From Candidatus Dadabacteria bacterium (GTDB taxonomy: Bacteria > Desulfobacterota_D > UBA1144 > Nemesobacterales > JADFKM01), in assembly GCA_022564935.1 (NCBI GenBank), contig JADFKM010000001.1, positions 464 through 64,463 of the forward strand: 64,000 nt of DNA, written 5' to 3'. The notes under the pieces are model-generated. The model saw only the letters and a list, made by a program, of their open reading frames with translations, made no database searches and was not told the DNA's origin. Shown here in pieces: positions 10,146 to 20,034 of this stretch. The first letter of the stretch is position 1; every line of letters starts with the position of its first letter. The translations under genes were made by a program, and so were the position numbers.

Positions 10146-12860
10146 ATGGAAGAGCGGGTTCTTTACCTCATAGATGGAAGCTCTTACGTGTTCAGGGCTT
10201 ATTATAATACGCCTCGCCAGATGAGAACACGTGAAAAATTTCCTACAAACGCTATATATGGGTTTACGCAAATGCTTTTGATGTTCTTAAGGCAATATGA
10301 ACCCAAGTACATCGGGGTGGTGTTCGACTCGAAGGGAAAGACATTCAGGAGCGACATTTACCCTGAATACAAGGCGAAGAGGCAGGAGACGCCCGAAGAC
10401 CTTGTTCGTCAGTTCCCCCGGATTGTAGAGTTGGTCGAGGGCTTCGGAATACCGAGCGTGCAGATGGAGGGATTCGAAGCCGATGATATAATGGGTACGA
10501 TTTCTAAGAGAGTCGAAGAAGAAGGCGCGAAGGTGGTGCTCGTTACCGGGGATAAGGATTTCTTACAGCTTGTCTCGGATAAGGTAACGCTGCTCGACAC
10601 TATGAAGTACATAGAAACTGATGTGGAGGGGGTCGAGGCAAAGGTAGGGGTCACCCCTGCTCAGGTTGTAGATTTTCTTGCTCTGATGGGGGATACGAGC
10701 GATAACGTGCCTGGAGTAAAAGGAATTGGGAAGAAGACTGCGGCTGAACTGGTAAAAAAGTGGGGTTCTCTTGAAAAGATAATAGAGAACCTTGAGAAAC
10801 TTGCCGATAAGCATAAGGAGCTTGTAGAGGCGGGTATTGAGGATGCCAATTTAAGTAAGGTGCTTGTCACAATAAAGACCGACGTGCCCGTGGAGCATAA
10901 ACTGGAGGATTTCAGCTATAGGGGATTTGACAAAGAGGTGCTGAGAGAGGCGTTCGAGAAGTACGAGATGCGGACGCTCCTCAAGGAGCTTGGTGGAGAT
11001 ACCGAAGCCGGAGAGGCTGCCCCGCCGGAGCAGGACAGCCCGGTGTCCTACGAGGGCTACAGGCTCGTGCTTACAGAGAAGGATTTACTCGCGGTAGTCG
11101 AGAGGATACGCGAGGAGGGTGTGGTTTCAATCGACCTGGAGACCACCTCGCCCCAGCCTATGCTCGCAGAGATTGTGGGCATAGCGCTTGCCCCTGCCCC
11201 CGGGGAGGCGTACTACGTACCGACGGGGCACACCTCGATGGAAGCGCACGCGCAAGGTCAGCTTCCTCTTGATACGGTGCTCGGCGTGCTGAAGCCCGTT
11301 ATCGAAGATGGGGGGATAAAGAAGATCGGGCAGAACCTCAAATACGAGATTATGGTGCTCAATCTTCAGGGCGCTTTTATGAGCGGCGTTTACTGCGACA
11401 TGATGGTCGCGGCACACCTCATTGACTCCGGCCGTCTGAGCTACAGCCTCGACTCCCTGTCCAAGGACTATCTGGGCCACAGCACCATCACTTACAAGGA
11501 CGTTACGGGCACGGGGAAGAACAAGATAGGGTTCGGGGAGGTGGAGCTTCAAGCGGCGCTCCAATACGCGGGCGAAGACGCAGACGTGGCTCTTCGGCTC
11601 GCAGAGCGACTGATGGGTCAGCTCGAGCAGGAGGGTCTGCTCGAGTCGTACACGGCCTACGAGCTAAAGTTTATAGAGGTGCTTGCGGGGATGGAGATGA
11701 GGGGCGTAAAGGTGGACGGGGACAAGCTCGGAGAGCTGTCGGTTGAGTTCAGCGCCGAGCTTGAGCGTGTCGTGGGCGAGGTTTACACAGAGGCGGGACG
11801 GGAGTTCAACATAAACTCCACGCTGCAGCTCAGGAAAGTTCTGTTCGAGGAGCTTGAGCTGCCCATAAAAAAGCGCACGCCGAAGGGCGAGCCTTCTACG
11901 GATGTGGAGGTACTGACCGACCTCTCAAGGCAGCACCCCGTGCCCGCGAAGGTGCTTGAGTACAGGGGGCTTGCGAAGCTCAAGTCCACCTACATCGACG
12001 CCCTGCCAAGGCTCATAAACCCCGAGACCGGCCGTATCCACACCTCCTTCAACCACGTGGGCACCTCGACGGGGAGGCTGAGCTCCTCGGACCCTAATCT
12101 CCAAAACATCCCCATCAAAACAGGGGAGGGCAGGAGGATACGCGAGGCCTTTGTGCCTGATGCCGGGCATGTACTGCTCTCTGCCGACTACTCGCAGATC
12201 GAGCTGAGGCTCCTAGCCCATTTCTCGGGGGACGAAGCCCTGATAGAGGCATTTCGTGCGGACCGCGACATACACTCGGCCACCGCCGCCGAGATATTCG
12301 GCGTGAGCGAGGCCGATGTGACCCCGGAGATGCGGAGGCTTGCGAAGAACATCAACTTCGGCATCATCTACGGCATAAGCCCCTTTGGCCTAGCCAAGCA
12401 GCTGGGCACTTCTATGGGGGTGGCCAAGGGCTACATGGACGAGTATTTCGCGCGGTACGGCCGGGTGAAGAGCTACATGGAGTCCTCGGTAGAAGAGGCC
12501 AGGAGCAGGGGCTACGCCGCCACCATGCTCGGGCGCAGGAGGCCCATCCCGGAGCTTCAGTCGAAGAACAGGACGCTACGCGGCGCGGGGGAGCGGGCGG
12601 CAATCAACACCCCCGTGCAGGGCACCGCGGCCGACATCATCAAGATAGCGATGATACGCATTCACGAGCGTCTGCGGGGCGATGGCTGGGGCTCGGACAT
12701 GATACTGCAGGTGCACGACGAGCTGCTGTTCGAGGTGCCGGAGGGGGAGCTTGAGGAGACGGGGCGGATGGTGCGCGGGGAGATGGAGAGCGCCATGGAG
12801 CTGAGCGTGCCGCTCAAGGTAGACATCGGCGTGGGAGGCAACTGGGCCGAGGCGCATTGA
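10146..12860 (+). CDS. polA: DNA polymerase I
   Basis: LIDGSSYVFRAYY 5'-nuclease, DLETT exonuclease, GRLSSSDPNLQNIP, ADYSQIELR, QVHDELLFE. Confidence 0.98.
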   Translation: MEERVLYLIDGSSYVFRAYYNTPRQMRTREKFPTNAIYGFTQMLLMFLRQYEPKYIGVVFDSKGKTFRSDIYPEYKAKRQETPEDLVRQFPRIVELVEGFGIPSVQMEGFEADDIMGTISKRVEEEGAKVVLVTGDKDFLQLVSDKVTLLDTMKYIETDVEGVEAKVGVTPAQVVDFLALMGDTSDNVPGVKGIGKKTAAELVKKWGSLEKIIENLEKLADKHKELVEAGIEDANLSKVLVTIKTDVPVEHKLEDFSYRGFDKEVLREAFEKYEMRTLLKELGGDTEAGEAAPPEQDSPVSYEGYRLVLTEKDLLAVVERIREEGVVSIDLETTSPQPMLAEIVGIALAPAPGEAYYVPTGHTSMEAHAQGQLPLDTVLGVLKPVIEDGGIKKIGQNLKYEIMVLNLQGAFMSGVYCDMMVAAHLIDSGRLSYSLDSLSKDYLGHSTITYKDVTGTGKNKIGFGEVELQAALQYAGEDADVALRLAERLMGQLEQEGLLESYTAYELKFIEVLAGMEMRGVKVDGDKLGELSVEFSAELERVVGEVYTEAGREFNINSTLQLRKVLFEELELPIKKRTPKGEPSTDVEVLTDLSRQHPVPAKVLEYRGLAKLKSTYIDALPRLINPETGRIHTSFNHVGTSTGRLSSSDPNLQNIPIKTGEGRRIREAFVPDAGHVLLSADYSQIELRLLAHFSGDEALIEAFRADRDIHSATAAEIFGVSEADVTPEMRRLAKNINFGIIYGISPFGLAKQLGTSMGVAKGYMDEYFARYGRVKSYMESSVEEARSRGYAATMLGRRRPIPELQSKNRTLRGAGERAAINTPVQGTAADIIKIAMIRIHERLRGDGWGSDMILQVHDELLFEVPEGELEETGRMVRGEMESAMELSVPLKVDIGVGGNWAEAH

Positions 12861-12865
12861 GGGGT
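12841..12865 (+). repeat. Direct repeat copy 1 (polA 3' end; attL-like)
   Basis: ACTGGGCCGAGGCGCATTGAGGGGT, 24/25 identical to 13918-13942. Confidence 0.9.
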
Positions 12866-12973
12866 TTTCATGAATTGTATTATGTTGATAATGAGTAATA
12901 ATTATCTACATAATGGCAATCCGGATCATCGTTAACGGCATTGGAATTCCCAGCCAAATAATGGGGAGCTGCA

Positions 12974-13774
12974 ATGAGCGAGTCGAATGAAGCCTTGATC
13001 GTTGCTCTCAACCCGGATCCCTCCACCCCTAATATTGTAAATGGAATTGAAGAGCTGGTCGATAAACTGGGAGACCTCGTTACGTTTTATAAGTTAGGGA
13101 TTGACTTGCTGGTGAATGAAAAATTTTGGGAAATACTGCCGCTGCTCACCGAGAAGGGGAAGAAGATATTTCTCGATATGAAATCTATTGAAATAGAAGA
13201 AGTCATACGCCGTACCGTGAGGAACGCGGGGCTGCTCAATATAAAATTTCTAACCCTTGATGGGAATAACAGCAATAAAAATATCAGCGCTGCGGTAAGA
13301 GGCAGGGAAGAGTCGGGGAACGGAGTTAAGTTATTGGCATTGACACTGCTGACCAGCATCGATGCACATGATTTCAGCGAGATCTATGGGAGGAAAGCAA
13401 AAGATATCGATGATTTTGTGTTGAGTCGCGCTAAAAGACTGCTTAATGCCGGATGTGACGGGATTATCGCTTCCGGTAGAGAAACGGAGATGTTAAGAGA
13501 GAAATTGAGAGATGAAGTAAAGAAGGATTTCTTAATCGTAACGCCCGGTATTCGCAGGGCGTCGGACAGCAAAGATGATCAAAAGAGGTTCGTCACCCCC
13601 GCGGAGGCCATAATGGCGGGCTCCAATTATCTCGTCGTCGGCAGGCCTATTACCGAATCTGAAGACCCTGAACTGTCTGCCCGGGAAATATTGGACGAGA
13701 TGGATGAGGCTTTTGATAAGAAGAGTAAAAAATTAGAGTCGTTGGAATTTTCACGAATCCAAATCCAGTCGTAA
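12974..13774 (+). CDS. pyrF: Orotidine-5'-phosphate decarboxylase family protein, active site divergent
   Basis: FYKLG, IFLDMK, LTS, VTPGIR, DDQKR, LVVGRPIT. AT-rich coding. Confidence 0.85.
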   Translation: MSESNEALIVALNPDPSTPNIVNGIEELVDKLGDLVTFYKLGIDLLVNEKFWEILPLLTEKGKKIFLDMKSIEIEEVIRRTVRNAGLLNIKFLTLDGNNSNKNISAAVRGREESGNGVKLLALTLLTSIDAHDFSEIYGRKAKDIDDFVLSRAKRLLNAGCDGIIASGRETEMLREKLRDEVKKDFLIVTPGIRRASDSKDDQKRFVTPAEAIMAGSNYLVVGRPITESEDPELSAREILDEMDEAFDKKSKKLESLEFSRIQIQS

Positions 13775-13917
13775 TTACTAAGCCTTACAAACCCTGAATT
13801 ACGCGAAAAGCAATATTCAATTCATAAGCTTCAGATTTTAAGAGTCTGTTTCCTATGGACGGGTTATTATGCCAAAGCACCCCTTTCATACTCAAGGGAG
13901 CTTTAATTTAGGAGGGG

Positions 13918-13942
13918 ACTGGGCCAAGGCGCATTGAGGGGT
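13918..13942 (+). repeat. Direct repeat copy 2 (duplicated polA 3' end; attR-like)
   Basis: ACTGGGCCAAGGCGCATTGAGGGGT. Both copies are also preceded by GGAGGnn. Confidence 0.9.
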
Positions 13943-14125
13943 AGTTGCTCCTCAAAAGGGTAATTTAACGCAGTTGATATGTATTGGAGTTGTGATAAAC
14001 AATGCTGTTGGTTCTGTCGCGTTTATTTCCGGGCATGAACAACTGTCGTGGGGTATTTTAGAATGCTTGTACAGGATGGTACTCAGGCTTGGTTTTTCTG
14101 TTTACAAGTGTTAAAGTAGCTTCTC

Positions 14126-15574
14126 ATGTTTATTGCGGCTAGAGCGCTGGTTTGTTTGCTGTCGATCGTTGTGCTGCTGGCTCCTGCGGCGAGCTTTGGG
14201 GAAGGGGTATCGAGCGCAAAGCTCAACCGCGAGCTCACGAAGCTCATTTCAAGCAGCCCCCGCTCTTCCTCCCACATCGGGGTGGCAGTAAAGTCCCTCA
14301 AGACGGGAAAGGTGATATTCAGCCACAACGCCGGGAAGATGTTCATTCCCGCCTCGAACGTAAAGGTGTTCCTTTCCGCAGCGGCGCTCCTGTTCCTAAA
14401 GCCGGACTACAGGTTCAAGACCGAGTTCTACATCACCGGGCCGATACTGCACCGCTCTATTTACGGGGACATGTACGTCAAGGGGTACGGAGACCCGACT
14501 ATGCGCACGTCGGACCTCCGCTTCATTGCGAGCGAGCTGAAGAAACTGGGTATCGACCGGATAATGGGCTCCATCATGGTGGACGAGACGTTCTTTGACT
14601 CCGTGCGATTTGGGCTCGGGTGGAAGAAGAAGTGGAAGGGGCTCGCCTACAGCCCTCCAATAAGCGCGCTTTCCCTCAACTACAACACCTTCGAAGTTAA
14701 CGTCTACCCCACCAGGGTCGGGTTGCCGCCCATGGTAGAGATAGATCCGAAGGGCGCGGGCATTAAGGTCGTCAACAGGGCGGTGACAAGCTTGCGGTGG
14801 GGGAGGCTGTATGGAGACGTGAGGGAGGGTGGAGGCGCTATGACGATTCGGGGACGGATATCGTCCAGGTCAGGCAAGCTGACCGTGACAAAGGCGGTGC
14901 CGGTGCCGCCGATATACACGGGCAGGGTTTTGCGCGCCAACCTGAAAGAGTCCGGCATTGAGGTCGAGGGCGATGTGGCGCTGGGCAAGGTGCCCCGGGA
15001 GGCGCACCTGCTTTACACCCATTACTCCGACACGCTTGACCGTGTTATAAACCTGTACAATAAGAGCAGCGTCAACTTGATAGGGGAGAACATTATAAAG
15101 GTGCTGGGCGCAAAATACATGGGAGCGCCGGGCACTTGGGAGAAAGGCGCTAACGTGGTGGGAAGGTTCCTTGGTGTGGTGGGGGTTAAGGAGGGGGCGA
15201 GGGTTGTTGACGGCTCGGGTCTCTCCCCGCTCAACCGCTCCTCTCCCGAAGCCCTGGTCGAAGTGCTCAGGTTCGCATACAGGAATAAGCTCATCTCCCA
15301 CGAGTTCGTCACATCACTTTCCATCGGGGGCGTCGACGGCACCCTTGAGGGCAGGTTCAAAAAGTCCGAACTGGAGGGCAGGGTGATGGCAAAGACGGGC
15401 TATCTCAAAGGCGTCAGAACCCTTTCGGGCTATCTATTTACCAAGTCGGGCGACGTTCTTGCATTCTCTATCCTCTCGAACGGTCTCGGCTCTGAAGTCA
15501 AAGAGATACAGCAAAACCTCTTGATGAAGCTGGTTGAGTGCTGCCGGGACACATACATCATAAAGCGCGATTGA
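14126..15574 (+). CDS. dacB: D-Ala-D-Ala carboxypeptidase/endopeptidase PBP4 (peptidase S13)
   Basis: PASNVK (SxxK), GYGDPT, SVN (SxN), DGSGLS, AKTG, signal peptide. Confidence 0.93.
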   Translation: MFIAARALVCLLSIVVLLAPAASFGEGVSSAKLNRELTKLISSSPRSSSHIGVAVKSLKTGKVIFSHNAGKMFIPASNVKVFLSAAALLFLKPDYRFKTEFYITGPILHRSIYGDMYVKGYGDPTMRTSDLRFIASELKKLGIDRIMGSIMVDETFFDSVRFGLGWKKKWKGLAYSPPISALSLNYNTFEVNVYPTRVGLPPMVEIDPKGAGIKVVNRAVTSLRWGRLYGDVREGGGAMTIRGRISSRSGKLTVTKAVPVPPIYTGRVLRANLKESGIEVEGDVALGKVPREAHLLYTHYSDTLDRVINLYNKSSVNLIGENIIKVLGAKYMGAPGTWEKGANVVGRFLGVVGVKEGARVVDGSGLSPLNRSSPEALVEVLRFAYRNKLISHEFVTSLSIGGVDGTLEGRFKKSELEGRVMAKTGYLKGVRTLSGYLFTKSGDVLAFSILSNGLGSEVKEIQQNLLMKLVECCRDTYIIKRD

Positions 15575-15581
15575 GCTCGTA

Positions 15582-16427
15582 CTATGGGGCGTGCTCGATC
15601 TGTGCCGCCGCCTCGGCAAGAATGCCGAACTCTTCTACCGACAGGGTCTCGGGCCGCCGCTTCGGGTCGATGGATGCGGCCTCAAGAACGCGTTGCGTCT
15701 CGTCCCTGGAGAGGATAGACCTCAAGCTGTTGGCTATCATTTTCCTCCTTTGGGAGTAGCACGCCTTTACGATCGAGGTGAACTGTTTCTGGAGAGACTC
15801 TGGTATCTTGGGGGTCTCGAGAGGCATGAGCTTTATCACTGTGGACTCGACTCCGGGCTCGGGCCAGAAAGCGCTGGGGGGGACGTTAAAGAGGGCCGAG
15901 CAGTCCATATATACCTGAATAAGCACCGATATCGCGCCGATGTCCCTACCTCCGGGCCGGGCGGTTATCCTCTGTGCAAGCTCGCGCTGAACCATCAGCA
16001 CGAGCAGTGAGAACAGGCCCCTGCGCTCGAGGAGACTCATTATGATCTGTGACGAGACGCTGTAGGGGAGGTTCGAGACCACCTTTAGCTTCTGCCCGCA
16101 GCTAAATTGCTTGAAATCCATGTCTAGGGCGTCGCCGTGAACTACGGTGACGTTTGGCAGGCCGGACACAGCGGTTTTGAGCCCGGGGATGAGCTTTGAG
16201 TCACGCTCTACCGCAACGACGCTGCTGGCACCCTCGCCGAGCAGGCGCGTGAGAGCGCCGAGCCCCGCACCTATCTCGAGCACGTCGTCGAGCGGCGAGA
16301 GCTGCGCGGCCGTTACTATTTTTTGCAGCGCAATCTCATCTAAGAGGAAGTTCTGGCCCAGGCTCTTTATGGGGCGAATTTTCATGGAAGCGAAAAAGCG
16401 CTTTGGGGACTTGGGTTTTCCCGGCAT
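15582..16427 (-). CDS. rsmA: 16S rRNA A1518/A1519 dimethyltransferase
   Basis: KSLGQNFL, EIGAGLG, SNLPY, MVQRE, QRRK, RPETL. Confidence 0.95.
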   Translation of the reverse strand: MPGKPKSPKRFFASMKIRPIKSLGQNFLLDEIALQKIVTAAQLSPLDDVLEIGAGLGALTRLLGEGASSVVAVERDSKLIPGLKTAVSGLPNVTVVHGDALDMDFKQFSCGQKLKVVSNLPYSVSSQIIMSLLERRGLFSLLVLMVQRELAQRITARPGGRDIGAISVLIQVYMDCSALFNVPPSAFWPEPGVESTVIKLMPLETPKIPESLQKQFTSIVKACYSQRRKMIANSLRSILSRDETQRVLEAASIDPKRRPETLSVEEFGILAEAAAQIEHAP

Positions 16428-16555
16428 TTCAGATGGGAATTATAGCCGCTCGCTCGTCATTTAGGAATCCGGGGGCTTCTACTCGCTCTGACGGGTAGGG
16501 GTGATTAAGGATTCAGGTATATGGGTGATGTTGGAGCTGGGTGCGGGTGGTTTCG

Positions 16556-16920
16556 TTACCAATCGCGCTTCTCAAGGGCTTCTATGAACTTTTTTCCTCT
16601 GGAGGATTTCGCGGCCACCGTTTCGCGACTGCCGCAGCTTAAGCAGCCATTGTAGGTGAAAAGCCATCTCCATACCGAGTAGATAATGGTGATGAGCAGG
16701 AACAGCACCATCAGGATTTTGCCGGGAATTATTTCAACGAGTCGCTCGACGCCTTCATAAGAGAGAAAGGGGTTTAGGTATTCAGGTAATTGATGCAGCG
16801 CGATCCAGAATAGTGAGCCTAGAAGCAGGAGGAATCGCAGGCATTTTATATTAACGTGTGCCCCGGGTCTTTTGTCTGCTTCGGGAGATGCGCTTTCACC
16901 GGGTGGGGGGGAATCGCCAT
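16556..16920 (-). pseudogene. Small membrane protein with CxxC, apparently frameshifted near 16845-16850
   Basis: Open frame CLRFLLLLGSLFWIAL...IIYSVWRWLFTYNGCLSCGSRETV...DW*. The upstream ATG (16920) is in another frame that stops at PGHTLI*. Confidence 0.4.
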
Positions 16921-16965
16921 GAATCGGCCGATGCGGCGCCGGCGGGAATTCTCTACAGCGTGGTA

Positions 16966-19122
16966 TCAGGTTGCAATAAGGGCGGAGTTTTCTCTGTGCT
17001 CGATGTCCCCATAGTGCACGTAGTTGTTTCTCCCCGAGTGCTTGGCTTCGTACAGTGCGCAGTCTGCGAGCTTGAACAGTTGCTCCTTCGTATAGGCGCT
17101 GTCGGGGTATGTGGCCACACCTATGCTTACCGATGGTTGGATGTCAAGGCCCTGCAGCTCCCAGTTTATGTTCTTGACCCTGGCTTTAATCTTTTCGGCC
17201 ACTGTCTTTGAGCTTTGTTCGTTTGTATTGGGCAGGAGTATAGCGAACTCGTCCCCTCCGTACCTAGCGGGAGTGTCTATTTTTCTCGTTGATGACTTAA
17301 GGGCCTCTGCGATGGATTTAAGGGCCATATTACCTACCGGGTGTCCGTAGGTGTCGTTTAGCTCTTTGAAATTGTCGATGTCGAGCAGTATAAGCGAGAC
17401 CTTTCCGGGGAACCTGTCGGTCCGGGCGATCTCTTTGTTGAGCTCCTCCTGGAAGTATCTGAAGTTGTACAGGCCGGTAAGGCTGTCTGTAATTGCAAGC
17501 TCTTTGACCTCTTCGTAGGAGATTGAGTTCCAAAGCGCCTTTGACGCTTCTTTGGCCATGATCTCGGCGAGCTTTCTCTGGTCCCTGCTGAACCCTTCGG
17601 CGCCGCTTATTTTGCCGATAACTATACAGCCCATTGTGCTTTCGGTATCGAATTCGCCACGGGTGAGGGGCTTGTGCATCGGAAGTATGAGCAGTGCGCT
17701 CAATTCGCCCATCTTGAGCGCAAAGTCCACTTCTCTGCCGAAGACTTCCTTGAACTTTTTCCTAGACGACAGGTCGGGTGTAAAGAACGGCGTGCCGGTC
17801 TCGGCTACCAGGCCTACAAGGGTGTTGCTGTGTAAAATCTCTTTGCCTTCTATGTCTTCCCGCCTGTTAAGTCCGGTGCGCATGAGTATGCTCCGCTCCC
17901 CATGGCCGTCGGCAAGGGTTATGCCGAGTACGTCGGCCTCCATCGAATCGGCAATACTCTTTGTCACGTGGTTCAGTATGGTGTTGGGCTCCAGAGAGGA
18001 GCTGAGCTTCGTGGACAGGTCGTAAAACGAGGCCAGACCCTGTGAGTTGAGCTCCATTTTTTTTGCCAGCTTGTATCTGTTAAGCGTCTCCACAATCCTT
18101 GTGGCCACAAGCGAGGCTAGCCTGCCTTCTCTCTCGCCGAATGCGTTCTCACTCAGGCTGTCGACGATAAGAACGCCGATGGGCTCAGCGCCCTCATCAC
18201 CCTCGGACTGTCTCCCCGGGCCGTCAGTGAGTATGGGCACGACGATGATGGACTTAACGGGCACTTTTGTGGAATGGTAATAGATCAGGTTGTCGCTTGA
18301 GTTTTTTATGTTTCCTACAACGACCGGGGTTTTGGTTTTGAGCACCCAGCCGGGGTAGCCGCCCCTCAGGTGCACTTTCTGGGTACGGTCTATGTGCAGG
18401 TTTTCTCCTGCGATAAAGTCCTCGATCTCAAAGAATCCGTCGTGTCTGCGCATATACAGAACGATGGAGTTTGTGGGAAGCGTTTCTTGGAGGATGCTCA
18501 TGCAGCAGTGTACAGAGTCCCGGTATTGAAGGGTCAGGTTCTTTTGTCCGGCTCCCCCGGGGTAGCCGTGCTCGAAGGCGCTGAGGAACGGAATGTCATT
18601 ATCGGGGTGCAGGGGGCTTTTGGTGCGCGTGGAGCGGGAGCCCAAATGGGTCTTCATAATGAATCCGAGAAAGAATGTGGCTATAGGTAGTGGAAACAGC
18701 CTGTAAAGCGTATCGGTTCCGCTCATGTGGAATGTGAGCTCAAGAGCGACGGTTAAGGAGGCAAAGGCAATGGCCCCGCGCCATCCGGTGTACAGAACTG
18801 CCAGCGGCGCCACGATGTAGGTGAGTGGGAAAAGACCCCTTCCCGCTACAGAGAAAACAGTTTCAAGGGCCACCGCGGCGAGCAGCCCCATGGCGGCTTT
18901 CTCCACGCTGGTTAGTCTATGGATGCTCGAGCTTATGCCCGTAAGCCTGTGGGCAAGCATTGTGCCCACGATGAGAGGAAAGGAAATGAGTAGGGATTTC
19001 GGCTCGAGCGCGGCGCTTAGCGGGCCTTCGGATGTGGCCCAGAGGGCGAACGTGAGGCAAGCGGCCCAAAACAGGGCGACGTGCGAGCGAGTGTTACTGA
19101 TCAAATCTGTATATCTTTTCAT
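16966..19122 (-). CDS. Membrane diguanylate cyclase, TM-GAF-GAF-GGDEF (DmxA-like)
   Basis: N-terminal hydrophobic helices, two GAF-like segments, TDSLTGLYN, RKID I-site, RYGGDEF. Confidence 0.9.
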   Translation of the reverse strand: MKRYTDLISNTRSHVALFWAACLTFALWATSEGPLSAALEPKSLLISFPLIVGTMLAHRLTGISSSIHRLTSVEKAAMGLLAAVALETVFSVAGRGLFPLTYIVAPLAVLYTGWRGAIAFASLTVALELTFHMSGTDTLYRLFPLPIATFFLGFIMKTHLGSRSTRTKSPLHPDNDIPFLSAFEHGYPGGAGQKNLTLQYRDSVHCCMSILQETLPTNSIVLYMRRHDGFFEIEDFIAGENLHIDRTQKVHLRGGYPGWVLKTKTPVVVGNIKNSSDNLIYYHSTKVPVKSIIVVPILTDGPGRQSEGDEGAEPIGVLIVDSLSENAFGEREGRLASLVATRIVETLNRYKLAKKMELNSQGLASFYDLSTKLSSSLEPNTILNHVTKSIADSMEADVLGITLADGHGERSILMRTGLNRREDIEGKEILHSNTLVGLVAETGTPFFTPDLSSRKKFKEVFGREVDFALKMGELSALLILPMHKPLTRGEFDTESTMGCIVIGKISGAEGFSRDQRKLAEIMAKEASKALWNSISYEEVKELAITDSLTGLYNFRYFQEELNKEIARTDRFPGKVSLILLDIDNFKELNDTYGHPVGNMALKSIAEALKSSTRKIDTPARYGGDEFAILLPNTNEQSSKTVAEKIKARVKNINWELQGLDIQPSVSIGVATYPDSAYTKEQLFKLADCALYEAKHSGRNNYVHYGDIEHRENSALIAT

Positions 19123-19363
19123 TGTGTTTTATCATTCCCAGTTCTTCTCTTGCTACTTTCTCAATATAACTCTCGTCTTCTTTTAAAAGTTTCAAATGGA
19201 TATTCAAGTTTTCATTCACCTTTTCGAGATTTTCCACCTTTCTCCCTATCCTCGAGTTCTCTTCGCTGAGTACGTAGACCTTTGAGGTTTGCCTTATGAA
19301 GATGTAGACGATCAGCAGTGTGAGGGTAAGGATGACGGTATTGCGGATTATGGCTGCTTTCAT
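19094..19363 (-). CDS. ftsB: Septum formation initiator FtsB/DivIC
   Basis: 89 aa: TM helix, coiled coil, YIEKVAREELGMIKHNEKIY. It is the tail of the longer ORF-track ORF 19094-19822. Confidence 0.9.
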   Translation of the reverse strand: MKAAIIRNTVILTLTLLIVYIFIRQTSKVYVLSEENSRIGRKVENLEKVNENLNIHLKLLKEDESYIEKVAREELGMIKHNEKIYRFDQ

Positions 19364-20010
19364 TACAGGATTATCAGACCTCCCGTGAGGAATGGGTTGG
19401 AGCGCTTCTCCACTCCGATTGTTGTGACGGGGCCGTGTCCCGAGTACACACTCCAGGAATCGGGCAGTGTCAGGAGCTTCGTTTTGATTGAGCGCACGAG
19501 CTCCTCCATGGAGCTTCCGCCGGTGAGGTCGACCCTTCCCACGCTCCCTGCGAACATGGTGTCGCCGTCGAATACGTGTCCGTCGAATATGAGGCAGATG
19601 TGGCCCCATGTGTGGCCGGGGGTGTGGACGACCCTTGCCGTATAGGGGCCTACCTTGACCTCGTCCCCTTCGGCCAGGAAGTGCTCCACCTCCGGCACTT
19701 CGGTGCCCTCGAACTCGGGGAACCTGCCGGCGGCGTTGGGGATGTCTTGGAGCACCGGCAGCTCCAGCTCGTGCAGGTAGAACTCGGCGCCGAGGGCGTC
19801 TTTTGCCTCCTGTACGCCGCATAAGTGGTCAATGTGGCAGTGGGTGTTTATGATTCTTTCGACCTTGAGGTCGAGTCTTTCGATCAGCTCGAGGACTTCG
19901 GCCACCTGAGCGCCGGGGTCGATGAGTATGCCTTCTCTGCTTTCCTCATCGGCCACTATGTAGCAGTTTGTAAAGAACGAGCCGCCGATAACGGTCTCTA
20001 TTATCATCAA
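19363..20010 (-). CDS. MBL-fold metallohydrolase (glyoxalase II/YcbL-like)
   Basis: THCHIDH, HTPGHT, GDTMF, SGHG. Confidence 0.92.
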   Translation of the reverse strand: MMIIETVIGGSFFTNCYIVADEESREGILIDPGAQVAEVLELIERLDLKVERIINTHCHIDHLCGVQEAKDALGAEFYLHELELPVLQDIPNAAGRFPEFEGTEVPEVEHFLAEGDEVKVGPYTARVVHTPGHTWGHICLIFDGHVFDGDTMFAGSVGRVDLTGGSSMEELVRSIKTKLLTLPDSWSVYSGHGPVTTIGVEKRSNPFLTGGLIIL

Positions 20011-20034
20011 TTACTCCACAGGTTATTCATCGGC

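Noticed and set aside
12864..12890. dif-like site (TTATGTTGATA)
   Set aside because: Only a partial XerD-arm match; the XerC arm does not fit.
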